A DNA stretch of 64,000 nt from Eledone cirrhosa (GCA_964016885.1 OZ024746.1:12834001-12898000); one strand, 5' to 3'. Shown: positions 1 through 12,317, counted from the first letter of the stretch. Numbers and translations: made by a program. Notes: a model not told the origin generated them from the letters alone.

Positions 1-981
1 TTCACTAATGTCCTTTTCTTTGTCTGCTGCCACTTTCTCGTCTCCAGCAATAGTGCTACTAGTTCCACTCTGCTATTAAATTATTCAGCTAATTATTTGC
101 AAAGACATTGTTTGTCCCCACCCTACCTATTTCTAGTTGCAGAGTGTTATTATCTTTGCATTCTTATTGCTGTCTTTGGATTTATTGATTCAGTTTACGA
201 TTCACAAGTCTAGACATCCCATACTTCTTAATTTGACATTAGATGTCATAGAATTCGAAAATTTCAAAATTTTACAAGTTAGGAAAATGTTGAACAGCAA
301 TTTCACCTCAAATGTTTTCTGACCTCAGCAATTTGTGACTAACCTTCAGTTAATTATGAACTATCTTCAAAAAATTCTGAAATAAAACTCTTGATCTGTC
401 AAATTTTGTGTGTAATATATAGCATTTCAAATCTACATTTACTACCCCCTACACAACTGTCAAAATACTTCGTACAAATTCCATCATATTCATTGGATAA
501 AATTAGTTATTCATTAATGTTGTATAAATGGTCAAAGAAATAGTTGCCTCACTTTTAAAAAAAAAGATAAACATGGACATTTGTTCCTGACCACGATAGT
601 TCATTTGGGTAATATGTGGTAGGGGTGGTACAAATCTTTATTTCAAATTCATCTAATTACCATTGAGCACTCTGGAATCTGGTAAGTGTGTTTATATATT
701 CTGAACCCCACCTATTTAATGTATAGCTCATTGTGTATACTTGGGGTATTTTAATTTCTAATAAATTACTCTAAGGAACAAGTTTTCAATATGTGTACTG
801 TTATGATTTTTTCTTTTCAATTCCCTTTTTTTTTTTTTTTTTTTAAATAAATGTCTTGTTGGTTTAAGTCATTTTCTTGCTAGGGCTGGTAGAAAGTATC
901 CCTAATGGAACTTTCTAAGAGCATCAACCTTTTCTTTTTTTATGTTTATAAATTTGAAAGAAAACTTGTTAATTTTATAAC

Positions 982-1016
<35 letters not shown>

Positions 1017-1932
1017 GTAGAAAGAGCAGTACATTTAATATGTTTCTGATCTCGAAGACAGGTTAATAGTACAGGTAATGATGGGTAGGTAAAGTATTTA
1101 GTGCAGAATTAGAGGATGTGAAGCAATAGAAGAAATAAGAGGCTAGATGAGGGAACTCAAGGAAGCAGAAGCTGTCATAATAATAGTAAATATGACAGAG
1201 AAGGCACAGCTTGGCAAGGACCATGAGTGTCAGGATGCAATACATAGTGCTGTCCAGTCCAGATGTGTCAGCCAATGTTTTATAAACTTATACATTGTAT
1301 AAGATCAATAGTTGTTTGAAATTTTTATGAGCTGCTATATTTATATACACACACACTTTTGCTGGTTTAGTTAATGGCTAAGGCCAAGCTGGAGCATCAT
1401 CATGAAAACATGCACCTGTTAAGGACTTGAATCTATAACCCACAAATTAAAGGTATAATGCTCTACTGGGTAACTTACAATATATATCTATGTGTGTCAC
1501 AGTTCATTGACAATTAGGTTAATTGCAGTTATATATCCAACAGTCACCAATTTGAAACTATAAAAATATGACTATATAGACACACACATATATATATATA
1601 TACACACAAACATACAGATGTGTGTATACATGTATATTCAAGTTTATTTATGAAAGTCTTTGAAGTCTTATGTTATATATGCTTAAATTGCAGATTTAAC
1701 ATTTTAATATTTTTTTTTTAAATTCAATTCAGTTAATTTATCTGAAACTTTATATTTCTTTTTTTTTTTTCTTCTTCTTCTCTTTATAAAAGGCTGAAAT
1801 AATTTTTATTTTCTGCCTGTTGGTGGTTTCGGTTTTGGGTTCATTGGGTGGGACTGAGCTTGCTTGTGACCTGGCTAAATTTTGGTACCACTGACTTAGG
1901 ACTCACAGGAATTCTACAGGCAAGTCAGTCAC

Positions 1933-2017
1933 CACGTCACAGTAAGGCTGCTATGTTATTTCTGCAGCTTACTGTTGGGCTTGCTACAATGGCCCCCAAC
2001 AAAATGTTGGCGATGTG
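1933..2017 (+). other. Structured RNA junction motif, copy 1
   Basis: CACGTC/GATGTG closing stem; ACAGTAAG(G)CTGC/GCAGCTTACTGT; GGGC/GCCC; CCAAC/GTTGG. Confidence 0.6.
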
Positions 2018-2047
2018 TGCTTTTCTTTCTAAACTTCACTTATACAC

Positions 2048-2080
<33 letters not shown>

Positions 2081-2203
2081 CCTGTAATTTTCTGCATGCC
2101 TATTCGTAACTATTAACTATTGGTAACTATTAATAACTATAACATGGTCTGTTATTTCATAAGTTGCACCTTATTTACTTAGGGTACTTTTTTACATCAA
2201 GTT

Positions 2204-2275
2204 GGTCACAGCAAGTAAACTTGTTGTTGGGTCTTATCTGCCCCTAACTGGCTTTATGGAAGTCAGTTGGTGACT
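2204..2275 (+). other. Structured RNA junction motif, copy 2
   Basis: GGTCA/TGACT; CAGCAAG/CTTGTTG; GGGT/GCCC; CTAACTGGCTT/AAGTCAGTTGG, several G-U pairs. Confidence 0.6.
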
Positions 2276-3020
2276 TATTATTTTTATTTTTTTTACTTCA
2301 TGTTCTTTTTACCATCTTATCAGTTACTATTATCCAATTGTTTATCAATAATTGGATTTACTAATACTTGATCTTCTGTTACATTCCATTGTGTTTGAAA
2401 CAATATTAATATATTCCTTTTCTTTTTTACTCATTAATAATAGATATATTATTTGATTTGGGCTTTGTCTGGCTTTTCTTCTAAAAATAGTTTGTTTTTG
2501 TTTTTTTTTAACTGTTCAAAATGCGATCTTTGTAAGGCTTATATATAATATTATCCTAATGAACGAGTCAAGTTCACTTGGTTGTGTGTATGCAATTAAG
2601 CAAACAGTACTCAATACAGTGAAGTAAAGTGGAATAAGGTTTATCCAGAGTTGAGAATGAGTCTCTACACAAATAGTTTATAATTCTACACTAACACTAA
2701 ACAATTCGATTATATTCTATTTACAATAACAGATAACTAAAGTTTAAAATGATTAAATCTGAAAAAGTCTAGATGGGTTTCATCTTATTCACATTTAAAG
2801 AAGATTTTCTGTTGAGGAAAATAAGATATTGAAGTAGTGTGTATTTTAAACATTAGGGATATGATTCAGTTATTATTGTAACTAATGTTAACTGTGAGGT
2901 GTGATCCCGTTCTGCATTACTCATTTCTGCAGAGTTGAATCTAAATATCTCTTTAGATAGTATGATGGTTTAGCTTTCAAATAAGATTAATTAAATTGAG
3001 CACAGCAACTGAATTATTGG

Positions 3021-3075
3021 GGTTAGGTGGGCTGGACTGTCTTAACACCGTCTATGCATCACGGTGTTGGTGACT
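3021..3075 (+). other. Structured RNA junction motif, reduced copy lacking first arm
   Basis: GGTTA/TGACT; GGC/GTC; TTAACACCGT/ACGGTGTTGG. Confidence 0.45.
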
Positions 3076-3948
3076 GGATACAAACCTCCAGCTGATTGTA
3101 ACCCTTTTGATATCAACCCACCTAAAGTTGCCCCTAGTTCTATGATGATGAACCATTTGTTTTAAAGTGTTCATATTTAAATTTAAATCTTCCTCTGCAA
3201 TTTTTTGTAAGAGCCCTTTTCTTAACTTATGTTCCAAACACCAACTTTATAATCAAAACAGCTAGATATATTACTAAACCCCTACAAATTATTTATTAAA
3301 ATAAATTTTAAAATTTTGTATATTTCACTAGAAATATTGTAACAAAAGGGTTGAATATTCAGTCTTCAAGTATGAGAAATTGACTGAAAGGAAATATTTT
3401 AATCTGAAATCTTGTCTTTCCATGTTGAACTATTTAGTTTGTGTCTTTTGCATAGTCTTAGGTCAAGCCACCCTTGTGCATGAAATTGACCCAAGGTGGA
3501 AATTGTATAAGTCTGTTGGTTGTAATTCAAAGTATTGCATATTGTCTCACACTGATTTGGGTCAGAAGCCCATTTGGTTGAGTAACAATACTTTTCACTG
3601 AAACCAATAGATAATCTATCATGAAACATCTGAACATGAACTGAGGCTCAAATAAATACTGATTCAATAATCTGTTGTCTTCATAGCCTTTACTCACCCA
3701 TCTAAGACTGATACATATAAGTATCCCCAACTGAGCATTCCAAGTACATAGCTATTATGAACTATTTTTGACAGCTTACAGTAAATTGAAACAAATAGGT
3801 TAATATTAATTCTATTTAAACAGCGAAATATTTAACTTTACATGACATACCTGTATGTATTTGTGTACTAGCTAAGTTGGCGACTTATAGGTTGCATCTA
3901 TCTCTTCTCTTTTGAATGTGTTCTGTCAAAAGACTACAACATGTACTT

Positions 3949-4032
3949 GTGGAAGCCCTCTCTCACTGTTCTAACTCCAATGTGGAAGCCCTCTCTCACT
4001 GTTCTAACTCCAATGTGGAGGCCCTCTCTAAC
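3949..4032. repeat. 33-bp tandem repeat, about 2.5 copies
   Basis: tgtggaagccctctctcactgttctaactccaa repeated. Confidence 0.8.
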
Positions 4033-4712
4033 TCACTGTTCAAACTCCAATGTCTAGCTCTCTACACACTCCTTTTGCATACCAGACTTGCATTGCCTTC
4101 ATCAATAGTCTCTGTAAACATTGTTTCAAGGGATTATTATAACCTTGTCTGAAAGGCAAAGACAAAACCTCTATTAATTCCAATGAATCTTGTACCAATC
4201 CCTTTCTACACATACACTACACACAATTAAAATCCTCAAAATTGCTACATATATACTAGACTCACAATTTCTGGTCTCTCTTGGCAACCTCTCATAAAGA
4301 ATATTATCTCAAGGACTAGACTTCCTTTTCAGGATCATGAAATACTTCAGCCTTGAGCAGTTGGTGACTTTCTACATTGGAGTACTATTCACACATCTAG
4401 AACAGCATTGCTGCATCTCACAAATAAATATTGTAAAATGCCATTCAACTGATTGTAAAATATTTACTCCCCACCATGCTAGAGATTAACTGATTCTTCT
4501 GCCACAACTCCCCACTGCTCATAGTTAGCTTCATACCATCTCCAACCTATATACTCTTCTCTCCTTTTGTCACTTGTACTCTTTCATCTCTCAGATCCCT
4601 CAGTACCTGCCTTCCAGCAAATATTTACCTACTCAACATTAACCACATTCATTTCATCTGTCCATGACAGCTTGCAAAGATCATGGGCACTGCACTTCTT
4701 CAATAATATATA

Positions 4713-4749
<37 letters not shown>

Positions 4750-5449
4750 GGCACTATAAAATGTACCCAGTACACTCTGTAAAGTGGTTGTCATTAGGAA
4801 GGGCATCTAACCATAAAAATCATACCAAAATATGGAACGTATGAGTAAGATCTGGTGTGATGACCTGTCCAACCCATACCAGCATGGAAAACTGACAAAA
4901 TGCTGATGATGATATAATGTGTATGTCAAATGTAATCTATATGTGCTGAAGGCCAACAGAATTCAAACACAGTAATAATGTAGTTTGGAAGAAAGCTGAT
5001 AGTTGGGTTTCTATTTACTATGTTCCAGTATGACTATCTGTGTCTCTTTGTTTAAATTGCTGTTTTATATTACTTCAAAGTATTGTAAGTGGCATCTTAT
5101 ATCTAATCACATGCAGATGTATCTTGACTGAACAACATATCTGTCCTCTGTCATGGCTAATATGTTGTATGTCTATAGCAACAAGAAGATAATTAGTTTT
5201 TAAGTGGCTTGGGTTATCTTCTTATTTCTATATTTAAAACAATAATGCTCCAAGTAAATTATAGCATCTAACTGCTCAAGAAAATGTATTTTAGGATTTT
5301 TATTGTTTTATTTGATGGGGGCATTGGTCTTGTAATTGAATAGCTATTTTCACAGATTCAAGCTCGGTATCTAAAAATTTGATTCATCCCTTTAGAGTTT
5401 GTAAAATGTATCCTAGAAATGAATATATTGCAAAAAATATATTTTGTTC

Positions 5450-5616
5450 TTCTAAAATTTAGGATGTTGTGCTTATTTTTTTTTCATTTAGGGAGTTATT
5501 CATTCTAAAATAGAGGGTGTTGTTGATTCTAAAATTTACAGTGTTGTTCATTCTAAAATTTAGGGTGTTGTTCTTTCTAAAATTTATGGTGTTGTTCTTT
5601 CTAAAATTTAGGGTGA
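5450..5616. repeat. ~23-24 bp degenerate tandem repeat
   Basis: ttctaaaatttagggtgttgtt-like unit, about 6 copies. Confidence 0.75.
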
Positions 5617-6239
5617 TGATCTTGCTTGAAATATGTATAGCTATTTGTGGTTAGAATTTAAGTTTCAAGAATTGAAGAAAGTTTTTTATCGTCTTTTTTT
5701 CTTTAACTCAAAATCAATTTTTATTTATGATAGTTGTTGGTACATGATTAGAGGGATCAATTATAATGGATAGCTAAACTTTCCACTGCAAGCAGCTCCA
5801 TAGTTTAAGAATTTCTTCAATATTTATGTAGGTTTCAATGGAGTTATATCGATGGTGATTTAGAAAATGTGTATGTAGATTACATAATTTTAGTGTTTAA
5901 TTTTCATTGAAAGTAGCTTCTTGTGTAAGAAAGAGGTCTTTCCACATAGTTCTTCTCAATTTGATATTTTTTCATTCATCATGAAAATTGAAATGGGGTT
6001 TTACATTTATCTCATGCAAAGCTAAATGCTAAGTTTTTTTTTCTTTTTCTTTTTCTTTTTTTGTATTTTCCACTCCCCTTTGTTTAAAGTGAGTGAATTG
6101 GTTGAAAAGAAATCAGGAAGCTGACATCTGGAGTTTCCAGCTACTTATCCATTGCTCCTATCTTCCATAGGTTTTGGGAGAGAGTGGCCTGGTGCTTCAA
6201 TGATGGACAGTCTATCATGTTTAGCAGGCAAGTAGGCTA

Positions 6240-6311
6240 GGTCACAACAAAATGTTGTTGGGCTGGTTCAACCTGCCCCCAACTTTCCACATTGTTGGAC
6301 AGTTGGTGACT
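6240..6311 (+). other. Structured RNA junction motif, copy 3
   Basis: GGTCA/TGACT; CAACA/TGTTG; GGGC/GCCC; CCAACT..TCCA/TGGA..AGTTGG. Confidence 0.6.
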
Positions 6312-8325
6312 CCCTCTACTTTCTTTGTCCTTCTCTTGCTCTCAAACAATTTTCTTTTTCTCTTGGAAAGTAATTTTTTTTTTATATATATACGGAATAT
6401 TTGTTTAAAAAAGTATAATTTAGAAAAGTTATTTCAGAATTTTTAAAGTTTACTATATTTTCAGTAATTGTTAATTGTAAAAAAAAAATTTTTTTTTTTT
6501 TTTACAAATGGTATTATAGATGTAAGATTATCATTTAATTTATTTTAATTCTGAAAATATTTCGTGAGATTACCAGTTCATGGGCTGCTTTCTAACTATA
6601 TGATAATCGTGTTTTGCTACAGAATCCAAAGTCTTTGAAAATGGTTGGGGGTGAGTACCATTTTTAAAAACTCTTTTTAAATAATTGGAACAAGAGCAAC
6701 TACAAATATCACACCTGGTCGGTATCTGGAATTTCATTGTAAAGGTATTGTAACTTTGTCTCAGTTGGTTTTTGTTGCTTGACACATTTTATAATGTGGT
6801 AAAACTGAAAAACATTTTGATGCAAAATATATCAGTTATTAAAATATTATAATATACAGGTAAGTCTGCTTTTCCCTGTCATTTTTTTCCTTTCTCTGTA
6901 CTCCTGTAAGCTCAAAAGTGAAAAGTACTCTAGCCCCAATGAAATTAATAATTGCTTTCTGTAGAAATAACCATAGTGTTATTTTTTTTTTTATGTTGGT
7001 AGAAACGACTAAACTTGAATGTTAACATAATTTTTATATGGTATTTGAAATGACCTTCAAGGTTTTCGAATGTTAACTGATCAGTTTTCTAATAACTTTA
7101 GAAGTTGATTAGTCAGTAAATTCTTGTTGAAATAGTAAACAACTCCAATATACGGACGGATTGCTTAAACATAAATATAAGACTTATGGTAGAAAAAACA
7201 ACAAAATTGCTGCCTTTTCCTCAAGTCAAAATCTGGACATGGTTAGTTAATTTATAGAGGTTTTGTGCTTTTTTTTTTTTTTTCATAGTTATGTTAAGGA
7301 GAATTTTTATTCGGTTTTCCTATTATATTGAAGTGGATCCTGTCAGTTTTTTTTTTTACAATTTTTTCTAGTTCCTCGATTTACTGTATAATGGGCACAG
7401 TCAACATATATACTATGAGTATCGTACAGATATATGTATATATATATACACATGTATGTTAGTCTGTGACTGGTTACACACTTAACTATGTGCCGTTCGT
7501 AGCACTGATTAGGTCCATCTCATGTTGGGTTGTATTCCCGAGTTAAGGCATTATTGAAACGGTTGTAATATGCCAATAAAGTTTATATATATGCTGCAAC
7601 AGTGACTTTGATCCTACTTTATATATATCATCATCATCATCATCATTTAGTGTCCATTTTTCCATGCCAGCATGGGTTAGACAAGTCCCTTTGTGACATA
7701 AGTCAAGTCAGATGACTTGGTGCTGTTTATCATGGCACCAACACAACTACTCTACAGTGTGGACTGGGGGCTTTTGTTGTGAGGTCTAGGTGCTCTTTTG
7801 TTAAGGCACCAACATGAGCGCCTTACATGGTTGACTAGGGGCTTTTGTTGTGTCACCTCATGACCACCTTATGGGGTGCACTGAGAGCTTTTAGCCTTTT
7901 CAGTAGCATTGTGGGAGAGCATGTTCATCTTTCCATGCTTGTATACATGGGTTGGTCAAGGGGGGTGCCTCAAAATGGAGTTGAGGGTGCATGTATATAA
8001 GATGGGGATTGGAGAAAGAGGTTCCTCAGAAGTAGGAAGAGTGCGTGTATGTAGAGTACTCAGCTGGTGATGGGTGGTGTATGGAAGAAGTGGTACATAC
8101 CAGAGACCTAGATTTTGCTTCATCTCATGCACATGAGAAAGCGGGTCTTCTACAGTACTGCATAACGCCAGAGATCTTGATCCTGTGTCATTGCCTTTCA
8201 GAGGTGCAATTGTGTAAGGTCTGCTTTTATTACCCTATCACAAGCTTTCTTGGGTCTTCGTCTTCCATAGCTTCCAACGTTAGAGTGCTCTGCACCTCAT
8301 ATATATATATATATATGTGTGTGTA

Positions 8326-9436
8326 TGAGGGTTGGCTGACCAGGATACTCTCATGGCATGTGACAAAGGTGTTGCAGTGCTTGGATCCCATTGGTGAAGA
8401 AGCTTTCATCCTGTTAATCAAAAAATTTATCAACAGCAGATATGTCATCATTATCATTGTTGCAATACTGGTTTCATGTTGGGGCCAAATCAAGAGAATA
8501 GAGGAGGTGATCAACCAGTTCAAAGCCAGTCATGCACAGCAACCATTGAAACCAAGGACTTGTGTGCTGGAACATTGTCCTCATGAAACAAGACCCCTTT
8601 CATCAGTTTTCCTGGGCGTTTGATCTTGATGGCCTTTCGTAACTCTCTCAGCAACTTGGCATAGTACTTTCTATTGATGATGTGACCCCTTTGAAAATAG
8701 TCAATAGATAGAATACCTTTTGAATCCTTAAAAACTGAGGCCATCACCTTCCCTGCAGATGAAACAACCTTGGCTTTCTTTGGAGCAGGTGAGAAGTGTT
8801 TCCACTGCATGGATTGTCACTTTGTCTCTGGCTCAAAGTGATGAATCCAACACTCAGCCTTTGTTAGGAAACGTTCATGGAAACCAGGTGGATCTGCCTC
8901 AAACAATGTCACATTTTCCTAAGCTGTGATCAGCCTGGTGCATTTTTGATCAAGTGTCAGAAACCTTCATCATGCCAAGTTCATTGTGCAGCATATTCTC
9001 AACTCTCATGGGATATAGTAATAGCATTGGCTATTTGATTTATATTCAAACACCTGTGATCAGTCACCATGTGGTGAACACAGTGTTTTCCTTGATAGTG
9101 GCAGCTTCAAGACTTTCCTTCCCCTCTTAAATTCAGCTGCCCACTTTTGCACTGTTGATAAAGCTGGAGTGTCGTCCCCTAATGTAGCAACCATGTCAGC
9201 ATGAATGTCCTTGAAAACTAAACCCTTTTTCTGCAAGTACTTGATAACACTGCAATGCCAAATTTTGTCCATTTTCAATAGAAGTCGCGGCTAGTTACTT
9301 TTGAAGTTTTTGAACAGTCAGATCCAAAGCAGTTATTAATAAGAAGAGTTGAAATTAATGAATGCAAGATTTCACAATTCTAGCATCTAGCATCACTTCT
9401 TCATAGTCAGCCTATGAACTTTTCAGCCTACCTGCG
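8326..9436 (-). mobile_element. Mariner DNA transposon, degenerate
   Basis: Broken transposase: MDKIWHCSVIKYLQKKG...TVQKWAAEFKRGR (HTH), QWKH...AGKVMASVF...GVLFHEDNVPAH; TIR remnants GAGGGTTGGCTGA / TCAGCCTACCTGC flanked by TA. Confidence 0.9.
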
Positions 9437-9489
9437 TATCTATAAATATATCTATGGATGCATATGTGTGTGTATATGTATGTATGTAT

Positions 9490-9823
9490 ATCATCATCAT
9501 TTTACGTCCGCTTTTCCTTGCTTGCAAGGGTGGGACGGGAACTGATTCTGGCTTGATTTCTACAGCTGGATGCCCTCCCTAACACCAACCTCATTTACAG
9601 TGAGTGCTGGGTGCTTTTTTTTCCGTGGCACCTCCACAACCACTTTGCAGTGGAATGATAGGGACCTCAGTCCCTATCATCTCATTTCTACAGCTGAGTA
9701 AACTGGAGCAATGTGAAATAAAGTATCTTGCTCAAGGAAACAACACATCACCCGGTCTGAGAATTGAACTCACAACCTTTCGATTGCAAGGCCAATGCTC
9801 TAACCACTAAGCCATGTGCCTCC
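9490..9823 (-). mobile_element. tRNA-derived SINE, family A
   Basis: Minus-strand head GGAGGCACATGGCTTAGTGG (A box)...GAGTTCAATTC (B box), (ATG)n tail; near-identical copies at 47993-48290 and 55560-55937. Confidence 0.88.
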
Positions 9824-11452
9824 ATATATATATATAGTATGCTGACAGTCGGAAAGTATTTCCAACAAAACATTTTCAGTAGTTTTAAAGAATATTTTGT
9901 AGACTAAGACCTTGTCATAAAGTGGCCTCGTCAATACAACAGTGAAAAGAGAGTTCCAAGATATAGTCCTCTAAAAAAGATTTTAATGGTTTTTAAAGTT
10001 TTCTTGTGTTTTCTTACAGTGGATTTGTAATGGCCTCAGTTGTTATATACAATCAACTATGAAGGTCTGATTCATCTAAAATAGAAACATGATTTATGAC
10101 AAATCATGAAAAGTGTTTATTGTTCTGGTGTATGTAAAAAATATCCAGTAGCTGATTATTGACGTATCCTCTTACTACATCCCTTGTCCTCATTTTATGT
10201 CTGCTTTCCATGCTGGCATGGGTTGGACGGGTCATTGCAGTACAAGACTTGATTTGTCAGGGGACTATGTCTAGTATGTTTAAATTTAGTTTCTAAACAT
10301 CATCTCCTTTTCTTGAATGGAGTTTTATACTTGGGTTTTTTTTCTGTCTCTTGCTTTATACATTTTTTTATGCGTGTTCTGCAGTCATAATGTTTCTTGA
10401 AGCCATATATGTATTAAATTCAACTGAGGATTGGAAAGTTAGTTAGTTTATGGTAAATTTATTTCTAATAAAAGCAACACATGGATACCTTTTCTAGTTA
10501 CATTTATTTTAACTGATATTAATATTCTGGAAATACTAAGCCTTAAATTTGTTAAAGGAAATAGTTGTATAATCTTTGTTTTAAAGATATTTGATAGCTG
10601 CATACACTTCTAATGGACAATGTACACAATGCCTGACAATGTACAGCACTTACATATAAATCTTTTAAGTGGCATACTGGGTTGGTTGTCTCAACTATAG
10701 ACAGTTCTCTGTTTTCATTTTATTGAAATTCTAGCCTTATTGCATTCCAGCATTATAAAAAGATTTACAAAAAAGGTACATCAAACCATGGATTTTATGT
10801 TTTATTTGGTGCCTTTCTAAGAAATATGTATATATTTGTTAGAATTTTTAATTTTCTCATCTTGTAAATTTATTACACTCTTCATTCAATTTATTCTAAA
10901 ACTGTTGTGACAACAATAGTTAATATGGTACAGATTTCATCCTAATTTTCTTGTGAATTTTTCAATAGCAGACATCTATACTATATATACTCCCTTAAAT
11001 TTGGAGATTTACATGGTGGCCTGAAATAAGTGGTAACTAAAAGAATAAAGAAATTAATAATATTTCATTGGTTTCTCTATTCGTTTATTTGACACTTCTA
11101 CAGAAATTATTTTCTTCAATTGGAGAGAATTTCATAGAATTTAAGTTTTTATATTTTTAAAATGAGTTACTTTGTACCTGAAAAATTTGGAAGGTATGTT
11201 TTGGAACTGTAGTGTCTTCAGAATTTGAGAAATTCAATGCTATGTATTATATTAATAGCATGACGTTGTTTTGGCTTTGTAAATTAGAATACTTCTAGTG
11301 CTGTTGAAATTATAACTTTTAATGCTGTAATGATTTTAATCCCATATTTTCTGTTGGTGTGTTTCACAATAAAAGAAGCAAGAAGTCTATTTTCTTAAAT
11401 AATAATTCCAGCAAAGAAAAATTCAGCTTTCAAACATTTATCTTTAGAAATG

Positions 11453-11458
11453 TTTATT
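11453..11458 (-). promoter_or_regulatory. Candidate polyadenylation signal of SCPEP1-like gene
   Basis: AATAAA on the minus strand about 90 nt after the stop codon; the hexamer is common in AT-rich DNA. Confidence 0.4.
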
Positions 11459-11549
11459 TTTCACTTGACAACATAGTAGGCTTCCATTCATTCATAAATA
11501 CACAGATTCTGTGAGTAATCACCTGACTGTTTCTGGTTGAAATTTCTGT

Positions 11550-11615
11550 TCAGTAAGCTTGGCCTAAAATTAACCTGAGCATATGTATTGCACCAGTTGG
11601 ATTATCTATTGGAAT
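11550..11615 (-). CDS. SCPEP1: SCPEP1-like terminal coding exon
   Basis: atcttgcag acceptor; IPIDNPTGAIHMLRLILGQAY-TGA completes the AGHM-[VI]P-x-D S10 C-terminus. Confidence 0.9.
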   Translation of the reverse strand: MPIDNPTGAIHMLRLILGQAY

Positions 11616-12008
11616 CTGCAAGATAATACATGGCAAGAAGTTAATTGTAAGGAAATTACTGTAATTTATCTTATTGTGAAAGAGCAGTTAATTTAATTAA
11701 CTAGATTATCTAAAGCAATGGAGCCTACTAACATCTCATCAACTATATAAATGTTTCTCAAACAAAACTGTAAATATTGATTTCTATACCTAGATGAAAC
11801 ATTATATTAATTTCAACTGGGTATTTTCCTCCCTTCACTACAAGTTGGCACTGTGTTGTTGCCAAAAAAACTGCATTCCTTGTATGAAAACAAAAGTAAA
11901 TAAACCAGTAGAAGTATACTTTGCTGTATTCTTATTTTGTGTGTAATATATAGTATATGTGATGTTTTTACATCTTAACTAAGAATAAAAATGATTGTCA
12001 ATATTTAC

Positions 12009-12163
12009 CATGTGACCTGCATTTAATATCCAGTAGAAAGAGAAATTCTTTAGACTTTTTTTATATCCCATAACAGTCTTTTTGATTGGATCAACAAGAA
12101 TTTCTCTTTTGGTTGATTTAAATACGTTGGAAATATCCAGATCTTTCACCCATGCTTCTGTAC
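12009..12163 (-). CDS. SCPEP1: SCPEP1-like exon with catalytic His
   Basis: aaaacag/GTAAAT; 155 nt, (G)TEAWVKDLDISNVFKSTKREILVDPIKKTVMGYKKSLKNFSFYWILNAGHM. Confidence 0.94.
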
Positions 12164-12317
12164 CTGTTTTTGAAGATTTCAGTTAAATATTAGTTTAAAA
12201 GATTTCATTTCATGCACCATGCACTTGTTTAAAATCAGATGTTAAATACCTAGTTTAATTGAATTTGATTTTTATGTAAGTTGATCTTGAGATCTTTATT
12301 TTAATATGAAGTTTATA

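Noticed and set aside
2962-3002. SECIS-like ATGA...AAA...TGAG arrangement
   Set aside because: Helix II does not pair in register with the GA quartet, and no selenoprotein ORF is evident.
5450-5616. TTTAGGG telomere-like words
   Set aside because: Single words inside a longer minisatellite unit, not a tandem telomeric array.
6143-6160. CTTATCCATTGC resembling U1 snRNA stem-loop II
   Set aside because: Only about 12 nt match; no U1 5' end, AUUGCAC loop or Sm site.
7500-7560. Possible hammerhead (CTGATTA...GAAAC)
   Set aside because: Core G8 is missing and the stems do not match hammerhead topology.
9740-9823. tRNA gene candidates in SINE heads (also about 55855-55937, 42660-42742, 63600-63681)
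   Set aside because: A/B boxes are present but attached to repeated SINE bodies and tails, with no complete cloverleaf.
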